A stretch of DNA of 64,000 nt from Planctomycetota bacterium. GTDB taxonomy: Bacteria > Planctomycetota > PLA2 > JAEUHO01. The stretch is from positions 1 to 64,000 of the forward strand of contig JBFWRP010000020.1 in the NCBI GenBank assembly GCA_050248855.1. The letters are read 5' to 3'. Below, in pieces: positions 36,432-45,338 of this stretch (position 1 is the first letter of the stretch; each line of letters begins with the position of its first letter). The translations under genes were made by a program, and so were the position numbers. The notes beneath the pieces were generated by a model. It was not told the origin of the DNA and did no database searches. It saw only the letters and a list, made by a program, of their open reading frames with translations.

Positions 36432-38270
36432 CGTGCGGTGGAACCAGCGCTCGAGGTCGGCGCGCTTGAGCGTGAGGCGCGTCGGGCGGCCGTGGGGGCA
36501 CGAGTGGGCGTGATCCAGGGCTTCGGCTTGCGCCAGGAGCGCCAGCACTTCTTCCGCGTCCAGGCGATCGCCCGCCATGACCGCGCTGCGGCACGCCAAG
36601 CGGTCGACGGCCTCGGACAAGAGCGCGGCACGGTCCAGGCCATCCCTGCGACCAGCCTCGAGCAGCTCGAGCACCTCCGCGAGAGCCGCCTCCGGATCGG
36701 GTCGCTTGAGCACGGCGGGAACGCCGTGGACGGCGATGGCGTCGTCGCCAAAGGGCCCGATGTCCCAGCCCAGCGTGGCGAGCCACGCGGCCTCGTCCAG
36801 GAGCCGCGCCGCGCCCGCCGGTCCGGGATGGACGACCTTGGGGACGAGCAGGCGCTGCACCTCGAGCCCGCCCTTCTCGCGCAGACGTGCGTTGATGCGG
36901 TCGAACAACACGCGCTCGTGCAGCGCGTGCTGGTCGACGAGCACGATGGCGTCATCGGCCTCGAGGACGAGGTAGAGGCCGAGCGCCTGGCCGATCGGAC
37001 GCAGGCCCTCGACAGGGGTCCGCGGCGCGGCAGCGGCCGCGTCGTCGTCCGCGCGGGCCGGTGGCCGAGAGGTCGGGCCGGACGCGTCGAGGCGGCGTGG
37101 GTCCAGCGGCGGCAGCGGGGTCGCGTCGGACGGCCCGCGTCGAGCGACGCCGGTCGACGACGGCGCGTAGGACGGCGCGCGCGGCCCGAACACGAACGCG
37201 CTGGCCACGTGCTCGGCGACGCGCGCCGCGCGCTCGGCCGTGAAGGTGACGGGGACGCCGGGCTGCGCCTGCTCCAGCACGCGACGCAGCGCCCGACGCA
37301 CGAGGCGGTGGACGGCGCCCGCATCGCGCCAGCGCACCTCGCTCTTCTGCGGATGCACGTTGACGTCGACGACCTCGGCCGGTGCGTCGAGGAACACGAA
37401 GGCCACGGGGCGCGCCCCGCCTGGCGGCAGCAGGTCGCGGTAGGCCTCGCGCACGGCATGGGCCACGGTGCGGTCGCGGACGTGCCGGCCACCGAGCCAC
37501 GTGAGCTCGTAGCGCCCGTCGCGACGCGTGGTGGAGGGCGGCCCGATCCACGCCTCCAGGCGGATCAGCCCGTCGTCCTCGTGGACCTCCAGCAGGGCGC
37601 GCGCGACGTCGTCGTCGATGTGCCGCGCGAGGCGCGCGCGGCGCCCCTCGCCGGAGGGCGCCTCGAGGAGCGTGCGTCCGTCGGCCCGCAGGCGGAACGC
37701 CACGTCGGGGAAAGCGGCGGCGAAGCGATGGACCACGTCGCGCACGTGGCCCAGCTCCGTGGCGGGTGTGCGCAGGAACTTGCGACGGGCTGGCACGTGG
37801 CGAAACAGCTCTTCCGCGACGACGACGGTGCCGGGGGAGGCGGCCGCGGGCTCGACGGGTCCGATGTCGCCGAACGCATCCACGACCCGGTGACCCGGCG
37901 CCGCACTCCCGTCGGGGCCTGCGCGCTCGGCCGAGGTCACGGTGACGCGCGCAACGGCCCCGACGCTCGCGAGCGCCTCGCCGCGAAACCCCAAGGTGCC
38001 GATGTGCAGCAGGTCCTCGGGCGTGCGGATCTTGCTCGTGGCATGCGGCAGGAACACGCGTGCGAGGTCGGCGGCGTCCATGCCGTGGCCGTCGTCGGCC
38101 ACCTCCAGGCGCGTGAGCCCGCCGTCGGCGACGTCCACGTGGATGCGCCGGGCGCCCGCGTCGAGCGCGTTGTCGATCAGCTCACGCACCACCGACGCGG
38201 GTCGTTCGACCACCTCGCCCGCAGCGATCTGGTTGACGACGTGCGGGTCGAGAACGTGGATGCGGCCCAA
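36426..38270 (-). CDS. mutL: DNA mismatch repair endonuclease MutL
   Basis: Motifs NQIAAGEVVERP, GFRGEAL, DVNVHP, DQHALHER and CPHGRP. The TTG start is uncertain. Confidence 0.95.
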   Translation of the reverse strand: MGRIHVLDPHVVNQIAAGEVVERPASVVRELIDNALDAGARRIHVDVADGGLTRLEVADDGHGMDAADLARVFLPHATSKIRTPEDLLHIGTLGFRGEALASVGAVARVTVTSAERAGPDGSAAPGHRVVDAFGDIGPVEPAAASPGTVVVAEELFRHVPARRKFLRTPATELGHVRDVVHRFAAAFPDVAFRLRADGRTLLEAPSGEGRRARLARHIDDDVARALLEVHEDDGLIRLEAWIGPPSTTRRDGRYELTWLGGRHVRDRTVAHAVREAYRDLLPPGGARPVAFVFLDAPAEVVDVNVHPQKSEVRWRDAGAVHRLVRRALRRVLEQAQPGVPVTFTAERAARVAEHVASAFVFGPRAPSYAPSSTGVARRGPSDATPLPPLDPRRLDASGPTSRPPARADDDAAAAAPRTPVEGLRPIGQALGLYLVLEADDAIVLVDQHALHERVLFDRINARLREKGGLEVQRLLVPKVVHPGPAGAARLLDEAAWLATLGWDIGPFGDDAIAVHGVPAVLKRPDPEAALAEVLELLEAGRRDGLDRAALLSEAVDRLACRSAVMAGDRLDAEEVLALLAQAEALDHAHSCPHGRPTRLTLKRADLERWFHRTV

Positions 38271-38316
38271 GGTGGGGGGAGGGTACTCCTCGCCCCCGAC
38301 GGCGACGGGCCTGCCG

Positions 38317-39252
38317 TCAGCGGTTCCCGTCGCTCGGGGGAGGCGCGGCCTGGGGGGCCTCGAACAGCGCCGGCGGGATGTTGGCGTTGATGCGGATGTC
38401 CTGCGGGAAGGCCATGAGGAAGCGCTTGAGCGGTGCGCCGGGGACCTCCTGGCTGAAGGCCTCGATGCGTGCCGGGTAGCGGAAGTAGGGGCCCGCCTTC
38501 CAGTCGCGCAGCAGGTAGTACTCCGTCGGCTCCTTCGCCTTGGCATCGCCGACGACGGTCACCACACCCGGCCACGTGGCCTTCACGGGACGGCCGGAGC
38601 CGTCCTTCTCGTAGGCGAAGAAGAAGACGATCTGCGCCTCCTGGCCCACGACCCGGTTGACCTTGAGCCAGTCGCCCGCGAACGCGCCGCCGCCCTGCGT
38701 GACGCCCTCGTAGTCGAAGCGCACGTTGTCGCCCTTGAGGCTCTGCAGGGTCAGGAACGCGGCCAGGTCGGCCAGCCGCGCGCGGTCCTGCTTGAGCTGC
38801 TGGATGGCGCGGGCGCCATCGGCCGTTCCGGTGACGGAGCTGACCTGGGCGTCGGGGCTGATGACCCACATCCTGTCGCCGTTCAGGATCTTCGTGGTGG
38901 TCTGGGCCAGCGCGCGCTCCGGGCGGATCTCGAAGCGGTAGCGGTCGTCCTGGTCGAACCAGAGGCGCAGGAAGCCCTCCTGCTGGTTGCCCTCGATCTG
39001 CACCTGCGTGTCGGCGAGGTCCGCGTAGAAGTTGCGCACCTGGTGGACCACGGGCTGTCCGCCCGAGACGAACTGCACGGCCTGGTCGAAGAAGCGCCCC
39101 CCGTTGGCGAAGTCGGGCGCGCGGGCCATCTCGCCGCCGCGTCCCTCGACGGTGCGGCCGGCGCCCATCGCGACGGCCAGCAAGGCGGCCCAGCCCACGA
39201 GGCGCAGCACGCGGCCGGTCGAGTGGAGGGACCAAGGTGCGTTCGACGTCAT
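38317..39252 (-). CDS. exported protein, LolA-like-fold candidate, paralog 3
   Basis: Signal peptide. Shares KILNGDRxW, QLKxDRxRLxDLA.FLTL and the C-terminal IN.xI..A.F..P with its neighbours. Confidence 0.7.
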   Translation of the reverse strand: MTSNAPWSLHSTGRVLRLVGWAALLAVAMGAGRTVEGRGGEMARAPDFANGGRFFDQAVQFVSGGQPVVHQVRNFYADLADTQVQIEGNQQEGFLRLWFDQDDRYRFEIRPERALAQTTTKILNGDRMWVISPDAQVSSVTGTADGARAIQQLKQDRARLADLAAFLTLQSLKGDNVRFDYEGVTQGGGAFAGDWLKVNRVVGQEAQIVFFFAYEKDGSGRPVKATWPGVVTVVGDAKAKEPTEYYLLRDWKAGPYFRYPARIEAFSQEVPGAPLKRFLMAFPQDIRINANIPPALFEAPQAAPPPSDGNR

Positions 39253-39328
39253 GACGGCACTCCGGGACGAAGGGGCACTGTCGCCCGAACCACAAGGTCG
39301 CTCCAGCGCGGGACGCGCTGCCCCTGTG

Positions 39329-40174
39329 CTACTTGGGAGGCGGCGGCGCGAAGGCGGCGTCGGGCAAGCCGCCGTTGACGCGCACGCGGGCCGGGAACGC
39401 CAGCAGCGTGCGCTGCCACCGTCCCTGGTCGTCCACGATGCCGCCTTCGACACGGCCGGGGATGCGGCGTCCGTCCGCCGGCGCGTCGCGCCAGCCGTCC
39501 AGACGCCAGCGTCGCTCGGGCGTCCTGGCGCCCGGGTCCGCAGCCTCGCGGACGCGCCGGAGGTCACCCACCGTGCGCGGCGCCGGCGCGGGCTCGAAGG
39601 CGAGCTCCAGCAGCGGGACGCCGGGCGCATGCCGACGCACGAGACGAAGCGCCTCCGGCAAGCCCTCTTCGCGAGCTGGCACCAGGCCCAGGTCCTCGAA
39701 CGCGACGCCCTCTCCGTCCAGGCCCGCCAAGGTCAGGTAGCGGGCCAGCTCGGCGAAGCGGTCCCGATCGGCGACCAGCTGCGCGCGGGCGCGGGCTCCG
39801 TCGGCATCGCGCCCCGCTTCACGCACCGCGCCGTCAGGCGTCTGGAACCAGAGATGGTCGCCGTTCAGGATCTTGACGACTTCCTGGCCGGCACTGCGCT
39901 CGGGACGCTGCGCGAGGCGGAAGGCGTCGGGCGCGCGGTACCAGATGCGCAGGAACCCCTCGTGGTGCGACGGGCCGTCGTCGACGCGAACCTCCTCCAA
40001 GTCCAGGTAGACGTCGTCGACGTCACGGGCCGGCTCGCCGCCCCGCTGCAGCCAGCGTGCGGCGTTGGCGACCAGGACGGCGCCGCGGCGCAGGCGCGCC
40101 TCCGGCGCCTCGTCGTCGGCGCGTGCCGTGGTCGCGGCCGCGAGGAACGCGACGACGAGGAGGAAACGCTTCAT
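39329..40174 (-). CDS. exported protein, LolA-like-fold candidate, paralog 2
   Basis: Signal peptide. Motifs EGFLRIWYRAPDAFR, KILNGDHLW and VNGGLPDAAFAPP. Confidence 0.7.
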   Translation of the reverse strand: MKRFLLVVAFLAAATTARADDEAPEARLRRGAVLVANAARWLQRGGEPARDVDDVYLDLEEVRVDDGPSHHEGFLRIWYRAPDAFRLAQRPERSAGQEVVKILNGDHLWFQTPDGAVREAGRDADGARARAQLVADRDRFAELARYLTLAGLDGEGVAFEDLGLVPAREEGLPEALRLVRRHAPGVPLLELAFEPAPAPRTVGDLRRVREAADPGARTPERRWRLDGWRDAPADGRRIPGRVEGGIVDDQGRWQRTLLAFPARVRVNGGLPDAAFAPPPPK

Positions 40175-40198
40175 GGGCGTGCCCGCGCGCGGACGCGG

Positions 40199-41122
40199 CT
40201 ACTTGTTGGGAGGCATGAACCGTGCTTGGTCGATGCCCACGTTGATCTTGATGTCGCGCACGGTGGCGCGGAGGAAGCGCAAGGGGGCGCGGCCCGGGAG
40301 CAGCGAGTAGGCGTCGATCTGCTCGGGGTAGCGGATGGCCGTGCCGCCGCCGCGCTGCGGATCGCGCCAGCCGCGGAGGATGTAGTCCTCCGTGGGCAGG
40401 TTGCGCGACGGATCACCCAGGATGCGCACGATGCCCGGCCACGTCGCCTGGTAGCCGCCGTCCGCACCGCGCTGGAACGCGATCCAGAAGTGCATCTCGG
40501 CGGCGCCCGGGGCCACGCGCCGGAGCTTGAGCCAGCGACCGGCGTAGCTGCCGTTGCCTTCCTTCTCGCCCTCGAAGAGGAACTGGGCCCCGTCGCCCAT
40601 GAGGCTGCGCAGCGTGAGGAACTGCGCGAGGTCGCCGAGGCGGTCGCGGTCCTCCTTCAGCTGGCGGATGGCGCTGACGCCGCCCGCCGTGCCGTGCATG
40701 CGCTGCGCCTGCCCGCGTGGGTCCACGATCCAGAGGCGGTCGCCGTTCAGGATCTTGGTCGTGACGTTGCGCGAGACCGTGAGCTCCTGGCGGAAGCGGT
40801 CCGGCGCCTGCCACCAGAGCCGCATGGGGCCGCGGTGCGTCATCGTGTCCAGGTCGAGCTCGGCGATGATGTTGATGTAGAAGTCCGTCGTCTGGTCGAT
40901 GCCCGTGCCGCCCATCGAAACCCAGCGCACGCACTGGTCGAACAGGGCGAGGCCGATGTCGGGCGATGCGACGGGGGCGCCGGCCGGCGGCGGGGGAGCC
41001 ATCTCGCCGCCACGCGCCTCGGCCGCGCGGGGCGGGCCGAAGCAGAGGGCCGTGGCGAGAACGGCGAAGGCCGCCGCGCCAAGGGCGCCGGCGAACCGGG
41101 TGCGGACGGGGGGACGTGCCAT
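40199..41122 (-). CDS. exported protein, LolA-like-fold candidate, paralog 1
   Basis: Signal peptide. Motifs RLWWQAPDRFRQE, KILNGDRLW and INVGIDQARFMPP. Confidence 0.7.
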   Translation of the reverse strand: MARPPVRTRFAGALGAAAFAVLATALCFGPPRAAEARGGEMAPPPPAGAPVASPDIGLALFDQCVRWVSMGGTGIDQTTDFYINIIAELDLDTMTHRGPMRLWWQAPDRFRQELTVSRNVTTKILNGDRLWIVDPRGQAQRMHGTAGGVSAIRQLKEDRDRLGDLAQFLTLRSLMGDGAQFLFEGEKEGNGSYAGRWLKLRRVAPGAAEMHFWIAFQRGADGGYQATWPGIVRILGDPSRNLPTEDYILRGWRDPQRGGGTAIRYPEQIDAYSLLPGRAPLRFLRATVRDIKINVGIDQARFMPPNK

Positions 41123-41338
41123 CGGGACGGGGCTCCTGCGAGGGGGAGGCCGCGCAGGCAAGGCCAGAGGGTGCGCGGCGGGAGGCCAGCATGGGGCGAT
41201 CCCCGCGGGTCTCCAAGGGGCGAGGATACCGCCGCCCGCCCACGCGTCGCTCTTGGCGGCCGCGGACCGTCACGACTCCGTCCGTGCGGGCGCGCCGGAG
41301 GGCTCCGTGGGCGGACCTCGTGCGAGGATCCCCGGCCC

Positions 41339-42637
41339 TTGGATGGCCACGTCCCCGACTCGTGGAGCCCGGCGCCGGGCGTGCGCGTGCGCTTCCTCCG
41401 CGACCGCCGCCATCCCACCGCGCACGTGCGCGTGCTCGTCCACCGCCGCGTCGACGATCTTCCGGCTGTCACGGCCGTGTTGGCGCGGACGCTCGAGTCG
41501 GCTGCGACGGCGTGGCCGACGCGACAGGCCCTGGCATGGCGCTTGGCCGATCTCTACGACGCGGCGCTCGACGTGACGGTGGAGTCCTACGGCGGCCGGG
41601 CGGCGCTCGTGGCGTCGCTCGACTGGCCCATCGCGGCCGTTCCGCAGGCCGAGAGGGCCCTGCACGACGGGCTCGCGTTGCTCGGCGAGATCCTCGCGGC
41701 GCCGCTGCGGAACGACGACGGGGCGATCCACGCGGAGCTCCTCGGCCGCGCACGCCAGGAAGTGCTGCGCGACCTGGCCAGCCGTTCGGACGACAAGGCC
41801 AGGAGCGTCACGCGGCGCGCCGTGGAGCTTGGCGCTCCCGACCACCCGATCAGCGTGCCGAAGGACGGCCGCGGGCCCGACGTGGCGCGCGTCGACGGCC
41901 GCGCTGCCGCGTCCGTGCACGCCCGGCTCCTGGCCTCGCATCCCATCGACGTGCAGGTGATCGCGGACGCGACGCCGTCGGAGGTCCGGCGGGCCGTCGG
42001 GCAGCATCTCGTGGGCCGCCTGCCTGTGCGCCAGCGCGTCCACGAGCCTCGCCCGAAGGGACGCCTCGGGCCGCGCCCCGCAGGTCCCGCGCGCCAGGTC
42101 CTGACCGAGCCCGTGGCCCAGACCTGGTGGGCGGGGGCCTGGCGCACGCCGCGCCGCCCCGGGCCTACACAGGGGCTGGGCGGGGAGGCCGCCTCCGGCG
42201 TGCTGGGCGAGAGCGGCTCCTCGTTGCTGTTCCAGGTGGCCCGGGAGCACGACGGCTTGGCCTATGTCGTGGGCAGCAGCTGGCACCGCGATCCCGGCCT
42301 CCTGCTCGTGCACGCGGGCGTGGGCGAGGGGAAGGAGGCGCAGCTCGTGCGCCGCGTGCGCTCCCTGCTGCGGGGGCTTGCACGCGGGGGACCGGACACC
42401 GGGCACCTGGACGCGTGGAAGCAGGAGACGCGCGAGCGGTTCGAGGGCGTGGCCGACGAGCCGGCGGCGCTGTGCCGCTGGTGGACGCTGGCCGACGTAC
42501 GTGGCGAGCCGCTGGATCCCCGGGCGGCCGGCCAGCGGCGGCTGGACATCACAGCGCGCACGGTGCGCGACGTGGTCAGGCGCCTGGAGCCGGCGGCCGA
42601 CGTGCGCCTGCGGGCTGCGCACGGTGTTCCCGCATGA
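41339..42637 (+). CDS. M16 peptidase family non-catalytic subunit (YmfF-like)
   Basis: RLADLYDA and SSLLFQVAREHDGLAY; no HxxEH motif. The start is uncertain. Confidence 0.75.
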   Translation: MDGHVPDSWSPAPGVRVRFLRDRRHPTAHVRVLVHRRVDDLPAVTAVLARTLESAATAWPTRQALAWRLADLYDAALDVTVESYGGRAALVASLDWPIAAVPQAERALHDGLALLGEILAAPLRNDDGAIHAELLGRARQEVLRDLASRSDDKARSVTRRAVELGAPDHPISVPKDGRGPDVARVDGRAAASVHARLLASHPIDVQVIADATPSEVRRAVGQHLVGRLPVRQRVHEPRPKGRLGPRPAGPARQVLTEPVAQTWWAGAWRTPRRPGPTQGLGGEAASGVLGESGSSLLFQVAREHDGLAYVVGSSWHRDPGLLLVHAGVGEGKEAQLVRRVRSLLRGLARGGPDTGHLDAWKQETRERFEGVADEPAALCRWWTLADVRGEPLDPRAAGQRRLDITARTVRDVVRRLEPAADVRLRAAHGVPA

Positions 42638-43911
42638 CGTCGCCCCGTCGCCCCCGTTGGTGCGTCCACGACCTGCCGCTTCGCGGCGGACGCGTGCACG
42701 AGGCCCGCGCACGCGGCGGGACGCCCGTCTGGGTGGCGCCGCTGCCCGGCGTCGCGCGCAGTCACGCCATCGTGGGGGCGCGCTTCGGATCCCTCGATGA
42801 TCGTCTCCCCGACGGCACGCGCCTGCCGCCGGGAACGGCCCACTTGCTCGAGCACCAGATGTTCCAGGACGAGCAGGGGGACCTGTTCGACACGTACGCA
42901 CGCCGGGGTGCGGAGGCCAATGCCTACACGATGACCACGTCGACCTGCTACCTCGTGGGTTGCCGCGAGGCGCTCGGCGCGAACCTGCACACGCTGCTGC
43001 GCAGCATGGCGGGCTTCCACGGCACGCGCGAGAGCTTGGCGCGCGAGCGCGAGATCATCGGCCAGGAGATCGCGCTCTACGCCGACGACGCCTCCAGCCG
43101 GGGGCAGCTGGACCTGCTGCGCAGCCTCTACGCGACCCACCCGGTCCGCGAGGACCCCGCGGGCACGCGCTCCTCGATCCGTCGCATTCCGCTGTCCCTC
43201 CTGCAGCGGGTCCACGACATCGCCTACACGCCGCGCAACCTCGTCCTGGTCGTTGCTGGCGACGTCGACCCGGAGGCCGTCCTGGCGGCGGCGGACGAGG
43301 AGCTTCCGGTGCGGCCGGGGCGGGCTTGGCGCCGCCCGCCGCGGCCGCAAGACGGACGCGGGCCGTGGTCGCGGCGAACGGCGCGCCTGCCCGTGGCCCG
43401 CCCGCAAGTGCTGTTCGGCGCGCGCCTGCCGGCCCCCGGGCCCGGCCAGGCGCTGCTCCGCGCCCGTGTGGAGACGGGACTTCTCCTCGACCTGCTCTTC
43501 GGGGACGGCGGCCTCGTGCAGGCGCCCCTTTTCGATCGCGGCCTGGCCGACGAGGGCTTCGCCGCGAGCGCCGAGCACGAAGCCGACCATGCGTACGTCG
43601 TCGTGGGGGGAGATGCCGACGACGCGCCCGCGTTCGAGCGCGCGCTGGGCGCCGCCCTCGCCAACCTCCCTTCCCGCTTGGAGGCGGTGGACGTGGAGCG
43701 CGCGCGTCGCCGGCAGCTGGGCGTGCGTGCGCGTCGCCTCGGCCGCGCGGAGCCAACCGCCAACGCGCTGCTGACGCTGGCGCTGGACGGCTTCCGGCCC
43801 GGTGCGGACCTGCGCTGGCTCCTGGCGGCCGACGTTTCCTCGCTCGAACGCCGCCTGCGCGAGCTCGCCGCCGCGCAGTGGGCCGTCTCCGTCGTGCGTC
43901 CTTGCGCGTAG
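42634..43911 (+). CDS. M16 peptidase family catalytic subunit (YmfH-like)
   Basis: FGSLD...GTAHLLEHQMF (HxxEH), ANAYT and EREIIGQEI. ATGA overlap with the upstream gene. Confidence 0.88.
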   Translation: MTSPRRPRWCVHDLPLRGGRVHEARARGGTPVWVAPLPGVARSHAIVGARFGSLDDRLPDGTRLPPGTAHLLEHQMFQDEQGDLFDTYARRGAEANAYTMTTSTCYLVGCREALGANLHTLLRSMAGFHGTRESLAREREIIGQEIALYADDASSRGQLDLLRSLYATHPVREDPAGTRSSIRRIPLSLLQRVHDIAYTPRNLVLVVAGDVDPEAVLAAADEELPVRPGRAWRRPPRPQDGRGPWSRRTARLPVARPQVLFGARLPAPGPGQALLRARVETGLLLDLLFGDGGLVQAPLFDRGLADEGFAASAEHEADHAYVVVGGDADDAPAFERALGAALANLPSRLEAVDVERARRRQLGVRARRLGRAEPTANALLTLALDGFRPGADLRWLLAADVSSLERRLRELAAAQWAVSVVRPCA

Positions 43912-43939
43912 GGCCCTTCCCCGCGGCAGGGCGCGCGGG

Positions 43940-43967
43940 TTGTCGCGCGACGGCCACCGCGTAGAAT
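43940..43967 (+). promoter_or_regulatory. putative sigma70-type promoter of the WYL gene
   Basis: TTGTCG-16 nt-TAGAAT followed by a GGGGAGG RBS. Confidence 0.6.
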
Positions 43968-44011
43968 CCCGGCACGTCGCGCACGGGCAGCGCGAGGGGA
44001 GGTCGCTCTCG

Positions 44012-45091
44012 GTGTCGTCCGTCGCGCGTGATCGCATCCGGCGCTGCTTGGCGATGATCCCCCTGATCCGCGCACGTCCAGGGATCCGCATTCCCGAGCT
44101 CGCGCACATCTTCGGGGTGCGCGAGTCCGAGATCTGGGAGGACATCACCGAGATCCTCTCGCTGTGCGGCGTGCCCCCGTACCTGCCCCACAACTATCTC
44201 GTGTTCGGCATCCACGGGGATCGCGTCACGATCCGCTTTGCCGAGCATCTGGCCCGTCCCGTGCATCTGACGTTGCAGGAGGCCTTGGCCATCGACTTGG
44301 CCCTCCGCGTGGTCAGCGGGGGGCGGCCGCCGGCGTTCGGCGATGCGGCGCCGCGACTTCGACGCAAGCTGCGCGACCTGATCGGTCGGGCGGACCGCGA
44401 GGTCCTGGAGACCCTGGACCGCCACGTGGGCGGCGCCGTGCCCTCCGACCACGTGACCCAGACGATCCAGGTCCTGAAGGAGGCGATGGGGCGCAACGTG
44501 GGCGTGGAGATCGAGTACTACACGGCCAGCCGCGACAGCGTGGGCACGCGTATCATCGAGCCCTACGGTCTGATCGACCATCGGGGCAGCTGGTACGTGG
44601 TCGCTCGCGACGCCCTGCGCCAGCGTGAGGTGCCTTTCCGCGTGGACCGCATCCGCTGGGCGCGGCCGGTGCCCGGGCACGAGTACGAAGTGCCCGAGGA
44701 GTTCACGACCGAGGCCTTCCGGCGCGACGAGATGCGCGAGCGCGCGCCGGGTGACGTGCCCGTTCGCGTGCGGTTCGACCCGCGCCAGGCGGGCCGCGTA
44801 CGCGAGGACGCGGGCAGCAAGGGCGTGCAGAACCTCCCCGACGGCTCCGTGGTCCGCACCTACCACGTGGATCCGCAGCGCCCGCGCTGGCTGTTCACGC
44901 ACGTCGCGCGTTACGGCCCCGAGGCCGAGATCCTGAGCCCGCCCCAGCTCCGGCGCGGCATGGCCTCGTTCCTGGCCGAGGTCGCCGCGGCCCAGGACGT
45001 CACGGTCGCCGCCCCGCGCCGCACGGCCCGGGCCGCGGCGGCCACGCCGCGCAAGCCGGCCCGCACCCGCCGCAAGCCGCGGACGGGCTGA
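44012..45091 (+). CDS. WYL-domain transcriptional regulator (PafC-like)
   Basis: N-terminal wHTH (RIRRCLAMIPLI...LCGVPPY). WYL domain (IEYYTASRD...IEPY...WYVVA...FRVDRI) followed by a WCX region. Confidence 0.9.
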   Translation: MSSVARDRIRRCLAMIPLIRARPGIRIPELAHIFGVRESEIWEDITEILSLCGVPPYLPHNYLVFGIHGDRVTIRFAEHLARPVHLTLQEALAIDLALRVVSGGRPPAFGDAAPRLRRKLRDLIGRADREVLETLDRHVGGAVPSDHVTQTIQVLKEAMGRNVGVEIEYYTASRDSVGTRIIEPYGLIDHRGSWYVVARDALRQREVPFRVDRIRWARPVPGHEYEVPEEFTTEAFRRDEMRERAPGDVPVRVRFDPRQAGRVREDAGSKGVQNLPDGSVVRTYHVDPQRPRWLFTHVARYGPEAEILSPPQLRRGMASFLAEVAAAQDVTVAAPRRTARAAAATPRKPARTRRKPRTG

Positions 45092-45338
45092 CGCCGTCCG
45101 GCGGGTGCCTGGCCGGCGCACGTCCGGGGGGCCGTCCGGCCATGGCGCGGGGTCCGCCACGGCGCCGCGAGGCCCGGTCCAATGGGCCCTGGAGCCGACC
45201 AAGGCCGTTGGAGCCGCGCTGCCCCGGGTGCTATGGTGGGCGAGCCACGTCGGGCCGCGGGGCACATGGCCAGGACCGGGCATCGGATCCGGTCGACTCC
45301 CGAAGTGCCGCGTTGCCCGGTCCATCGGGAGGATCGGC

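Noticed and set aside
32580..42637. Very long Arg/Ala/Gly-rich ORFs (e.g. 32580-36089, 39032-42637, 36231-38390)
   Set aside because: These are high-GC antisense or off-frame shadows. Only the 3' portions assigned above are credible genes.
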